Origin: Bdellovibrionota bacterium
Lineage (GTDB): Bacteria; Bdellovibrionota_C; UBA2361; OMII01
Length of the DNA stretch: 64,000 nt
Assembly: GCA_044345405.1 (NCBI GenBank)
Contig: JBIJBE010000001.1
Coordinates: 114,025 to 178,024 of the forward strand
Direction: 5' to 3'
Below, one piece after another: positions 19,747 to 28,704 of the stretch (position 1 is the first letter of the stretch; every line of letters starts with the position of its first letter). The position numbers and the translations under genes are program-made. Under the pieces are notes generated by a model. The model did not search any database and was not told the DNA's origin. It was given only the letters and a program-made list of their open reading frames with translations.

Positions 19747-21003
19747 TTAGACCTCAGCTCGAAAGTAGTACGACCCGTCTTTGTAGGTGCACGGTCGATT
19801 GAGGCGCCACGCAACGTCGTCTACGACATCTCTTCGTACTCGAAGTCCTCGGCTCGTGGACGGTGAGACCTCGGCGGTCGGAGAGAGGTCGCGCGCGGCC
19901 TCGCCGAAGAACTCCATGAGAAGTAGGTCCTCTGCCTCGGGGCCGAGGATGTGGAGATCTAATCCCCGTATGCGAGCGATGAGCAAGGTGTCCTTACCGG
20001 TCACCCGCTGGATAAACTCACGGTCCTTCTCAAGGGTGACCTTGTATCCCATCAGCTCCGCGGGGTGTTTTAGAATACCGAAGTTGACTGGTGTGCTTAC
20101 CTGACCTTGGAAGGTCATGAAGGCCGACGGATTCGAGGTGGGGGATTGGTATCCGTAGTCAAAGAAGTGAACGGACGATGGCGCGGGCAGGTCTCGCATC
20201 TGCCAGAGCATGGCGATCGCCGCGGTTGGGAGGTGAAGGACGTTGCCGAACTGCTTGATAGAGCGGAGATCGCTCGCGTAGCGCTCAAGGATCTTCTCCC
20301 CGAGTGGTCGGAACGACTCCGGCATGATACGCCATCCCATCTCGAAGATGCTTGATAGGTCGGTGGGCATGAACTGTCGTGTTTGATATCGAATCGCCTT
20401 GAGTAGCCCCGGATTGTAGTTATCGAGCTCGTTCCACTGACCGCTCGAGATAAGCGAGCTCAGGAGTTCGGCGTCGAGGGGTGGCAAGGTGAGATTCCCA
20501 TCGGCTGCAGCATCGATGGTAACTTTGCATGGAGTTTTGGTCGCTCGATGTGGAAGGTGCTGCGCTGGTTCGATCGCCATGTCCATCCACATCTCAACGG
20601 GGCGTCCCTCGTGACACGACCAATATTCATTGGGGAGGTCGTCACATAACTCAACCCCGACGACGTGAGCGTGAGGTCCCGCGATGTGTTGACGGGCTTG
20701 GAGCGCAGCGCACCGCTTAAAGGAGATCTCCTTGGGAAGGGAAGCGCCATGGGTTGTGAACGAGACATCGGAGAAATCGTAGGTGGTATAGCCACTGAGC
20801 GATGGAGCGTGACGACACACCGCCCTCGCGAAGAAGAAGTTGCCGCTTCCCACTTCGTGGACCGCGGGGCGCGCTCCGGGCTGATTCGTGAGGCTCAGAG
20901 CGAACGCCAGTGGAAGAGGGGATCTGCGGAGCCGAGGGTTCGAAAGGCCCGAAGGGGATCGTCGATATTGGAGTAGAAGATCCGATTTGTGGTGCTCGCC
21001 CAT
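19747..21003 (-). CDS. Divergent MidA/NDUFAF7 (DUF185)-like SAM-dependent methyltransferase
   Basis: VHEVGSG (motif I), GVELCDDLP (cf. NELxDALP), FFDYGY, VSTPVNF (cf. DITAHVDF). Confidence 0.65.
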   Translation of the reverse strand: MGEHHKSDLLLQYRRSPSGLSNPRLRRSPLPLAFALSLTNQPGARPAVHEVGSGNFFFARAVCRHAPSLSGYTTYDFSDVSFTTHGASLPKEISFKRCAALQARQHIAGPHAHVVGVELCDDLPNEYWSCHEGRPVEMWMDMAIEPAQHLPHRATKTPCKVTIDAAADGNLTLPPLDAELLSSLISSGQWNELDNYNPGLLKAIRYQTRQFMPTDLSSIFEMGWRIMPESFRPLGEKILERYASDLRSIKQFGNVLHLPTAAIAMLWQMRDLPAPSSVHFFDYGYQSPTSNPSAFMTFQGQVSTPVNFGILKHPAELMGYKVTLEKDREFIQRVTGKDTLLIARIRGLDLHILGPEAEDLLLMEFFGEAARDLSPTAEVSPSTSRGLRVRRDVVDDVAWRLNRPCTYKDGSYYFRAEV

Positions 21004-21233
21004 AGGTTGAAGGGCACGGGGTTCGATAACGGAATGAGATTCGGTGGAGCGGTGGGGGATCGCATACCCGGAGATAACGGAAGCTCCGCCGTTAATCAAA
21101 TCCCGGGTTCGGTCGGACGCCGAGGTGATAGAGTAATCAGTCGTAGCCTGTCGTAATTAGTAATCGGCCAGACCTGATTGTACAACTGGAGGGCGTACGA
21201 TCCTTCGATTGGCGAGTTCTCCGCTCCTAGCCG

Positions 21234-21261
21234 TTGATCAGCTCGGCCAAATCTCTACAAT
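21234..21261 (+). promoter_or_regulatory. Sigma70-like promoter, probably leaderless
   Basis: TTGATC-N16-TACAAT ending 6 nt before ATG 21268; no SD. Confidence 0.5.
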
Positions 21262-21267
21262 CCCCTT

Positions 21268-22056
21268 ATGTTGTCACAATCCCCCAAGGCGTCTTCCACT
21301 TCGGCTTCAACCCCTCGCGCAGAGGGCGAGATCTCTTACACACGCTTAACGGCCCTGCTTCATCTCGTGGGAGAGAACCCCTCGACCCTTGAGCCGCTGC
21401 TCCATGAGCTGCGCGGCACGCAGTTCCACGTCCCAGTTGATGGCGGTGAATGCGCGTCGCTCGCTGACTCCAGGGTCTTCTGCAATGAACGAGAGGGGCA
21501 ACTCTTCGGCATCGCCTTCTTAAGGGAGGCGGACGCGCGGGAATATTTCCGTGAGTATCAGGAACCGTACAGCTTGATGCTGTGTCAAGGAAGCGATCTC
21601 GTCGCAACGTTGACCAAACGAGAACCCCTCTTAGGTCTCTACCTCGTTGATGGCGGTGAGGGATATTTCCTGAACGCCGAGGTTATGAGCGTTGGTTCCG
21701 GTATCCTCGATTTCAAGAACGCTGAAGTTGAACACGTGCAGTACGCGCCGACGCCGTACAGCGGCGCTATCCCGAGGCAGCTTCGTACGGAGCTTAATCT
21801 GCTCTGTTCGAAGCATCCTCACATCGAGCGGGTTTACCTGAGCGATATTATCGCCGCGAAGGGGCCCCAGGGAGCCGCCTTTATTATCGTGGGAGACCAT
21901 GAGGCCTCACCTGTTAACGTGCAGGATATCCTCTCAGCTATAGCTACCCGCTGTGGGCTCGCGGATTGGAGGGGCACCATTACATGGATCGATGGGGGAG
22001 AGGGTGAGGAGATCCTGCGCCGTAATCACATCGACCTCGTGTACTCTCGGAAGTGA
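21268..22056 (+). CDS. SseB-like protein (SseB + SseB_C-like)
   Basis: ELRGTQFHVPV, IAFLREADA, C-terminal HPHIERVYL pattern. Confidence 0.55.
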   Translation: MLSQSPKASSTSASTPRAEGEISYTRLTALLHLVGENPSTLEPLLHELRGTQFHVPVDGGECASLADSRVFCNEREGQLFGIAFLREADAREYFREYQEPYSLMLCQGSDLVATLTKREPLLGLYLVDGGEGYFLNAEVMSVGSGILDFKNAEVEHVQYAPTPYSGAIPRQLRTELNLLCSKHPHIERVYLSDIIAAKGPQGAAFIIVGDHEASPVNVQDILSAIATRCGLADWRGTITWIDGGEGEEILRRNHIDLVYSRK

Positions 22057-22069
22057 TAACGGGAACAGA

Positions 22070-22501
22070 TTAGCATCTCTGCCGGCCACCTTCGAAATGA
22101 ATGGAGAGGGTGCTTTGGCGTTCGCCGTCGAGCACCGTGACCTCGTAATCGATGTCGGATTCCAAGACCTCCTCAGGTTGGAGTAGGAGCTGGTTCTTCG
22201 CTCGGATCTCCTCGAGCTCGGGAGCGCCGCCGAACATCCGCCGCCATATCGGCCGTGTATCCACCGTGTCGGTGACCGTGGTGGTGCTTCTAAGGGGGAC
22301 GGGTCGTGAGCCCCCAAGCTGCCTTACCCCAGTAACCTGGGGGGTGGAGGCGCGTCCTTGGAGGCGGAGCCCGCTCTGCGCACGCGCTTCGATCCGGGCG
22401 CCGTTGCTGATTGTGAAGGTGGGAGGGGGCCCGTGACACGCCTCCGCGCCGGCTGGTGTCCAGGAGAGCGCGAGAACGATGAGCGTGAACAAAAATCTCA
22501 T
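22070..22501 (-). CDS. Small secreted hypothetical protein
   Basis: Signal peptide MRFLFTLIVLALSWTPAGAEA; two Cys, one near each end. Confidence 0.65.
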   Translation of the reverse strand: MRFLFTLIVLALSWTPAGAEACHGPPPTFTISNGARIEARAQSGLRLQGRASTPQVTGVRQLGGSRPVPLRSTTTVTDTVDTRPIWRRMFGGAPELEEIRAKNQLLLQPEEVLESDIDYEVTVLDGERQSTLSIHFEGGRQRC

Positions 22502-22654
22502 TGCTCAATACTACCCCTAGGCCATCACGTACCCCATCCCAAATGTGACTGGTGGTTTTTCGTAGGGATGCCCCTAGTCTTTGAGGATTGGGGTAGGCCC
22601 CTGATTAGACTAGCTCGGTCGGCCTGTTACACTAGGGGTCGCCAGGAGAGCGAG

Positions 22655-24277
22655 ATGCCCCCTCACGCACATGGACTACACATCAAGGATGTCGATTGGA
22701 AGAGTGGACTGTCGCTGCCGAAGGCGCGCGCGCGTGGTCGTGATGTTGAGGAGTATCCAACTACCGTTCTCGGGGAACTGGCGTTTCGAATTCGCGAGCT
22801 CTACTGTCGCGATAACGATCATCCGCGGCCGACCAGCGTAGAGCTCGCGCAGACCGCGCGGCTTGTTGGTCTTCTCTCCCAGGAAGTTCAGGGAGCGCCG
22901 CTCTATAAACGCTCCCCCGATGAGCTCGAGCTCATTAACTACCTCGTCACCCCACGGGTCCTTTGGAGGGAGGTGGTACCATTTCATCGGGCGATCCAGA
23001 CGATCGTGGCTGAGCGTTTCGCGGAGGACGGGGGCGCGATAGCGGCTTTGCTTGGTCGCGCGTGGAGTGGAGGGGAGGGGTCGGTGTCGGTCTACTATCT
23101 CCAACAGATAGCGATCCATCTCTGCATGGTGGGGAACGTCCACAAAGAGGTCGCCAAAGTGGTTGCCTCCTCTATACCTTCTCCGCGGCGAGCCGCGATG
23201 AGCGCTTCCCTTACGGGAGGGGCGTTCGCTCTGCTCGCGATGTGCGGTCAGCTCGGTGAGGAGCGTGCCAGCCGACTTCTCTTAGGGGTAGGGCTGGAGG
23301 CGCTGGCACGGGCTGAGATGGTGGATAAGTTGTTCGTGCTCGATCCGCTCTCGCGGCCGACGGAGTATCGGTTCGCTTCGTATTTTCTGGCGGACCTTCT
23401 TCGAGCTCATCTCTCAGTCCATCCAAAGGAAGCAGGCTCGGAGTGGGCACCAACTGACGACGAGGTCCTCGATATTACGCGGTCGTGGCTTGAGGGAAGT
23501 CACTTCCCTGTAAGGAATTTCCTGCGGCACTGTAACGCTCTCCGAAGAGACCTCCTTGCTCCTTCTCTCAAGGAACTCTACTACCGGAACGGAATTCGAA
23601 ACTTTCTGCGCCTCGAGCTCCGGGAGTGTGACGACCCGTGGTTTCTCATGAACTACCTCTCGGATCGAGACGCCCGCGCCACCGCCGGTCGTGATATTAT
23701 CTTGGTCGCGATGAGTAGTGGCGATCACAACGACGCGTTTAGTGAGCGAAGTTGGGAATATGAAGCTATTCGATCGGCTGGGGATTCCCAAGGCTGGGAA
23801 TTCGACTACGTCGAAGTCCGAGATAGCGTGGAGCTCGGGTATCACATCCTTCGACACCACGATCAGGGTTCCCGGGTGGCGGTACTCCATCACCTCGGTC
23901 ATGGAAGTCGGGAGGGCGCCGAGTATGGCCATCTGGAGCGTGAAGGGAGGTCGCAGCTCGACCTCGCTACCTTATGTACGAACCGAGACCACGCTGAGGT
24001 GTGTTCGATCGCGGCCGCGGCTGTCGATACGTGGGTTTTGCATCATTGCTCAACCGCGGCGCCGGACACGGATCGAACCCGAAAGATCTCTAATCTGAGA
24101 GAGGCGCTTCACAAGGCCACCGATGGGAAGGTGAACGTCACGGGTCTAAGGGGCAACGACGCTTTCGACGAGTTGACCCACAGACGAGACTCGCGGGGCC
24201 GGGTCATCTTTACAGGCAGGGCTGTGTGGATGGGAGCGCAACGAGCGCAACGACGGACGAGAGGCGCGGAGGGATAA
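22655..24277 (+). CDS. Orphan protein with C-terminal caspase-clan (CD)/DUF4347-like domain
   Basis: SD AGGAG; VLHHLGHGS and WVLHHCSTA give a His-Gly...Cys dyad after beta strands. Confidence 0.55.
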   Translation: MPPHAHGLHIKDVDWKSGLSLPKARARGRDVEEYPTTVLGELAFRIRELYCRDNDHPRPTSVELAQTARLVGLLSQEVQGAPLYKRSPDELELINYLVTPRVLWREVVPFHRAIQTIVAERFAEDGGAIAALLGRAWSGGEGSVSVYYLQQIAIHLCMVGNVHKEVAKVVASSIPSPRRAAMSASLTGGAFALLAMCGQLGEERASRLLLGVGLEALARAEMVDKLFVLDPLSRPTEYRFASYFLADLLRAHLSVHPKEAGSEWAPTDDEVLDITRSWLEGSHFPVRNFLRHCNALRRDLLAPSLKELYYRNGIRNFLRLELRECDDPWFLMNYLSDRDARATAGRDIILVAMSSGDHNDAFSERSWEYEAIRSAGDSQGWEFDYVEVRDSVELGYHILRHHDQGSRVAVLHHLGHGSREGAEYGHLEREGRSQLDLATLCTNRDHAEVCSIAAAAVDTWVLHHCSTAAPDTDRTRKISNLREALHKATDGKVNVTGLRGNDAFDELTHRRDSRGRVIFTGRAVWMGAQRAQRRTRGAEG

Positions 24278-24281
24278 GACC

Positions 24282-25640
24282 CTATCCGTTTCCGTCGGGC
24301 GAAAGGCCCTTCGCGAGCCTCTCTTCACGATCGTATCGGTTCAACACAGAGTCCCATAGCTTTTCCACCTTCGCCGCCAGGTCCTTTTTTGAGGCCTTCG
24401 ATAATTTCTTCGACTCAGCTAGTTTTTCAAGCTTAGTATCCTTAATCTCTTTGACGTAGGCGCGGCGGCTGTCATAGAGCGCCTCGATCTGTTGGTCGAT
24501 CGATGCCTCGCTCAGGTCTACCGCCTGAGCCGCGTCCCGCAAGACCTCCTCAAACTTGCCGTGCTGAACACCGATACTGAGAAAGACCTCAGCAGTTTGA
24601 GGGGTGATGTCGAAACCTAGTTTTTGTGCCTCTTTCAGAACCGGCGTAAGATGTGTGTCGAGGATAAAGCCGTGTTGAAGTGCTGGAAAGTCGCGCGGGT
24701 TCGTACGGGCGAGATAGCTCCAGTCCCGCTTAAACTCACTCGAGGATGGCTCATGGTCACGCAGAGCTTCGTATGTTCGTGCGGCGAGGCGTTTCTGCTC
24801 TGGAGAGAGGTCCGAGTCATTTCCGGCGTTCTTAAGGTAGCGCATGAAGCCTGGCATCGTTCCCTCGGCTATCTGGTAGTGCCCCCACGAAGCGCCGCCG
24901 GGATCGGCCGCCGCATTGGAATACGCGTCGGATTTCCCCTGCGATTCAAAGGCGCGGCACAGTGCTCCGAAGTCACTCTTGAGGCCACTCACGAACCCGT
25001 CGATGTTTGTCGGGTTGGTTGACCTCTGCACGGGAGGGGCTGCTGGTGATTGTGGTGGCGGTGTGACGCTCTCCTCAAGGAGACTTCGCGGGGCATCATA
25101 CGGCACGTTGATCATTTTACCGGCCAGGATGAAGGCTTCGTCTTTGTGACCGTTTATCGCCTGCAAGAGGGCAGGTGTGGTGTTGAATTCTTTAGCGAGC
25201 GCCGAAAGGGTGTCTCCAGGTGATACCTGATAGCGCACGATGGACGGTTGCTCTTTGGTGGGAATGCAGATCCGTTGTCCCACGCGGAGCGTGTTAAGGT
25301 TACAATCGTTCATCTCCCGCATCAGAGCGAGCTGTTTCTCAAGGGGATGTCGACTTGATGCCACGCTTTGCGCTATCTCTGACGCGGTATCTCCCTTCTT
25401 GACGGTGTACGTTGTCATTCGTACGAGCGTTGGCTCTGTTTCGGTCGTCGCGGAAGGCTCGTTTGTCGCGGGCGGCATAGCGCCTCTCGCGATCGCGCGT
25501 CTGGCGTCCTCTCGGTTTGTGGTTGAACTTGGTGGAAGGGTTGAGTCAGAGAGTGCTGGATATGAGGCGGCCGGGTGCGTCTGTGGTGGCACCTGCTCCG
25601 GTGTTGAGGGGCTCTTAAGCGAGGCGACGGTAAGTCCCAT
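24282..25640 (-). CDS. 2x LysM + VgrG3-C-like muramidase
   Basis: YTVKKGDTASEIA and YQVSPGDTLSALA (LysM); GALCRAFESQG...ADPGGASWGHYQIA...GVQHG...LYDSR...NRYDRE. Confidence 0.8.
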   Translation of the reverse strand: MGLTVASLKSPSTPEQVPPQTHPAASYPALSDSTLPPSSTTNREDARRAIARGAMPPATNEPSATTETEPTLVRMTTYTVKKGDTASEIAQSVASSRHPLEKQLALMREMNDCNLNTLRVGQRICIPTKEQPSIVRYQVSPGDTLSALAKEFNTTPALLQAINGHKDEAFILAGKMINVPYDAPRSLLEESVTPPPQSPAAPPVQRSTNPTNIDGFVSGLKSDFGALCRAFESQGKSDAYSNAAADPGGASWGHYQIAEGTMPGFMRYLKNAGNDSDLSPEQKRLAARTYEALRDHEPSSSEFKRDWSYLARTNPRDFPALQHGFILDTHLTPVLKEAQKLGFDITPQTAEVFLSIGVQHGKFEEVLRDAAQAVDLSEASIDQQIEALYDSRRAYVKEIKDTKLEKLAESKKLSKASKKDLAAKVEKLWDSVLNRYDREERLAKGLSPDGNG

Positions 25641-25701
25641 AAAAAACCTTCTAACGATCTCTCGATAGTTTATGCGGGATCGTTGGAGGGGTGTGGCATA
25701 G
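25638..25701 (-). promoter_or_regulatory. Conserved upstream element, copy B
   Basis: CTATGCCACACCCCTCC...CATAAACTA...GAAGGTT..ATG; same spacing to ATG as copy A. Confidence 0.6.
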
Positions 25702-25878
25702 TGGGGCCACTGGGGACGAGCCGTGCGAGGTTTTCGTACGGGGCCCCCCGAATGAGGGAGCGCTCCACAGCCGAAAGAGCATGTTGTTGTGCGACGTTGC
25801 GGCGGTACATCCGCACAACATCGATAGTCGCAGAGGTGTGGAGTGACACCGACTGTCGTTTATGTCGCACAGGTTTCT

Positions 25879-27156
25879 ATGAGTAAAACATCCCCCCTCA
25901 TAAACATCTTCAGCGCCGACCCCAAAGCCTCTATCGTTCCGGTGCGGGTCGATGGACTCTCTTTTCCAAAACTTGAGTCTGCGGGGCTTCTCGCTTCAGC
26001 CGACTATTCCAAGGTTGAAGGACGCGGAACCTACGAGGAGTTGGATAACGGTTCTGGGCGCCACCGTTACGTAAAGGGGGCCGGCAATCTTGAGTCGCTC
26101 CGGTCGCGGGGAGAGGATGACCCTCGATCGTTTCCACAGTTCGGTCACGCTCACTCACGTAAGTTCTTTTTCGGGTCTGACTCATCGACTACGGGCATCG
26201 GACAGACAGCTCCCCGAGTCAGGGGAGCGCTCGCGCTTCCCTACGCTGTCGGCGAAGTTATTAACGCCGCTGTCTTCCTTGATCTGCTGATGCGTAAAGA
26301 GGGGATCTCAACTGTTCAAGCCGCGGAGGCGAAGGGGCTGACGATTCCGGAGGGCGCGATATATTCGCCCGGTATATCAGCCGATATCTGTGAGGGGCTC
26401 GCACGCGCTCGACGAGAGAGCGGTCGGAACGAAATCTTGGAACGTATCCCGCATAAATACGGTTTGGCGTCCCTGCGTGTGCCGTCATGCGCACGCCTTC
26501 GTACTCGTGAGGATGTGACCACGTCTAAGGGCGAGTTTTGGACCCGCGTGTTACGTTCGCCCGAAAAGATGGAGATGGTGGGTCGAGTTTTAAGGCATCA
26601 ACTACAGTGCGGATTCGTGAGTCTCTCAACGCACCTGCAAAACGTATATGACGCTCCGAATAGTCTCTGTCCTCACGCTGATAGCAGTGACCTCGTGCCG
26701 ATCAGCGAGGTTATGAACGCGGGCGCGCGCGCTGAGGTCGATAAGGAGGTTCTCCTTGAGGCGCTCGTGATGCGACAGCTTCAGTACATGCCCTTGAACT
26801 TGATGCGCTTCTCGGCGTTGCCTGAGCTTCGAAATGACGCAAAGGGCGCCATTCACACCATCCTTTCCACGATTGCCCCAGGGGAGTGGACTCACCAGGA
26901 GCGGGAGGCGTTGGCGATCTCATTTCCTCGCAAGCCCTACACCGTCCTCTCAACGATCGCGAATCGCCTGATTGATATGAATTTGGTTGATGTCTCGCCT
27001 CAGGCGGATTGGGTCAAGATTCAGAGGCAACATTCCCGTTTCGGCTACGATCTTGTGGCTGACCATCTTACGCGGGTAGCGCTCGCAAGCGCATGCGCCT
27101 TGTATACCGGCGTTGTGGAGGCTGAAGCCAAGGGGGGCCTTTCTGACCTCTGTTAG
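25879..27156 (+). CDS. Orphan with remote SelO/YdiU-like kinase fold (alternative GTG start at 25843)
   Basis: GSGR..YVKGAG, RGAL..AVGE, LRVPSCARL, GFVSLSTHLQNV and HADS occur in the same order as SelO motifs. Confidence 0.5.
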   Translation: MSKTSPLINIFSADPKASIVPVRVDGLSFPKLESAGLLASADYSKVEGRGTYEELDNGSGRHRYVKGAGNLESLRSRGEDDPRSFPQFGHAHSRKFFFGSDSSTTGIGQTAPRVRGALALPYAVGEVINAAVFLDLLMRKEGISTVQAAEAKGLTIPEGAIYSPGISADICEGLARARRESGRNEILERIPHKYGLASLRVPSCARLRTREDVTTSKGEFWTRVLRSPEKMEMVGRVLRHQLQCGFVSLSTHLQNVYDAPNSLCPHADSSDLVPISEVMNAGARAEVDKEVLLEALVMRQLQYMPLNLMRFSALPELRNDAKGAIHTILSTIAPGEWTHQEREALAISFPRKPYTVLSTIANRLIDMNLVDVSPQADWVKIQRQHSRFGYDLVADHLTRVALASACALYTGVVEAEAKGGLSDLC

Positions 27157-27244
27157 GGCTTACCTCTTTGCTGTAGGCTGATCATGACATCGGATAGTGA
27201 CGTCTTGTCACGTTTTCGTGATACTGGGAGAGGCTAAGAGCAAC

Positions 27245-28435
27245 ATGAACTACCGCGCGTGGGTCTTTGGTATCGCCGTGCTTTTTTCTATCGCCTCGGC
27301 GCGCGCGCAGAGTGTCGATGTGGATATTCCTCGCAAGCAGCTCGAGCTCGGCGTCTTCGCGCTCAAAAAAGGCGCCGAACAGAGTGTGAATGTAACGGTT
27401 TCTCCCCTGAGTATTCACTCCGCGCTTATGCTGTTACGGTTGGGTGCCCGTGGCGCTGTCGCTCAGGAGATCGATGAGAAACTTCTGTCCGCTCCGTTTT
27501 CGTCCGAGGTGCAGGGGCTCTACACGAACCTGATCTCTCAGATGAATCTTTCGAGCGAGATGGTGACGTCGACCTTGGCGAACGCGGTATGGCTCCAGTC
27601 GGGACTTCCGTTTCAAAAGGGGTATGTTGCGGATTCACAACGAATATTCGCCTCTGAGCCTCAGCACGTCGATTTCGGGGAGCCGGAGAGTGCCCGGGGC
27701 GCCATTAATCGTTGGGTGTCATCGAAGACACACGGCCTCGTGTCTCATCTCTTGCCGGCGGGCTCGCTCTCTCGAAGCTCGACCTGTGTGCTCGTGAACG
27801 CGCTCTATTTCAAGTCAGCGTGGCTTCACGCGTTTGATTCAAAAGCCACCAGAGAGGGGGACTTTTGGAATACTCCGTCCAGCTCCTCTAAAGTTCCGAT
27901 GATGTCGAGCTTGAAGAGTATGGGGTACTTTGAAGATGGGGCGTGGCAGGGGGTGCAGCTCAGATATCAGGGGTTGGACTTTATGTTCGTGGTGCTCGTG
28001 CCGAAAGAGAAGCGTTCCGTAGGGGGCGTCGTTCGTGATCTTACCCCTGAACTCTTCACGCGAGCTATTGTAGATGCTCGTGTTCGTGAGGTGGAGCTCA
28101 CCCTTCCGCGCTTCAAGGCGCGTTTCTCCATGGATCTGATGGAGCAGCTCAAGGTGTATGGTTTGAACCACCTTGAACGTGGGGATTACTCTGGTATCTC
28201 TCCTCGCAACGTATCGCGCGTCAGTGGTGTGCTACACGAGGCGGTTGTGAGCGTTGATGAAATTGGAACCGAGGCGGCGGCCGCGACCGCGATTACGATG
28301 GTAGGGGGCGCGATGGTTGAGCCCGACCATGAGGGGCCTACAAAGGTAACGGTGGATCGACCCTTTGCATTCGCGCTCGTCCAACGCTCCTCAACCGCGC
28401 CTCTGTTTGTCGGTGTTGTAGGAGATCCTCGGTAG
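27245..28435 (+). CDS. Secreted serpin
   Basis: Signal peptide; SPLSI, INRWVSSKTHG, LVNALYFKSAW, LPRFK, hinge DEIGTEAAAAT, VDRPF. Confidence 0.93.
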   Translation: MNYRAWVFGIAVLFSIASARAQSVDVDIPRKQLELGVFALKKGAEQSVNVTVSPLSIHSALMLLRLGARGAVAQEIDEKLLSAPFSSEVQGLYTNLISQMNLSSEMVTSTLANAVWLQSGLPFQKGYVADSQRIFASEPQHVDFGEPESARGAINRWVSSKTHGLVSHLLPAGSLSRSSTCVLVNALYFKSAWLHAFDSKATREGDFWNTPSSSSKVPMMSSLKSMGYFEDGAWQGVQLRYQGLDFMFVVLVPKEKRSVGGVVRDLTPELFTRAIVDARVREVELTLPRFKARFSMDLMEQLKVYGLNHLERGDYSGISPRNVSRVSGVLHEAVVSVDEIGTEAAAATAITMVGGAMVEPDHEGPTKVTVDRPFAFALVQRSSTAPLFVGVVGDPR

Positions 28436-28440
28436 AGCGG

Positions 28441-28659
28441 TTAGGAATCCGACTCGTCCCCACCTTGGGAGGAGGGCACGGGATTGGATGCGATGCGATA
28501 GTTCTCGCCAAACCACTTTGAGAGGTCGTTCATGCGGCACCGCTCCGAACAGAAGGGAGAGCGGGTTGGATCGTGCGGCGGGGAAAGGGGAGCCCCGCAT
28601 ATCTTACAATGGGTTATATCCTTATCTGATCTTTGGCTGTTTTTTCCCTGGGTGTTCAT
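28441..28659 (-). CDS. yacG: DNA gyrase inhibitor YacG
   Basis: CKICG...PFCSERCRMNDLSKWFGENYRI. Confidence 0.9.
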   Translation of the reverse strand: MNTQGKNSQRSDKDITHCKICGAPLSPPHDPTRSPFCSERCRMNDLSKWFGENYRIASNPVPSSQGGDESDS

Positions 28660-28704
28660 ACCGTAAGGGTCGCAGATGGGAGCTCAGAAAGAAAGGGGAA
28701 GCGA

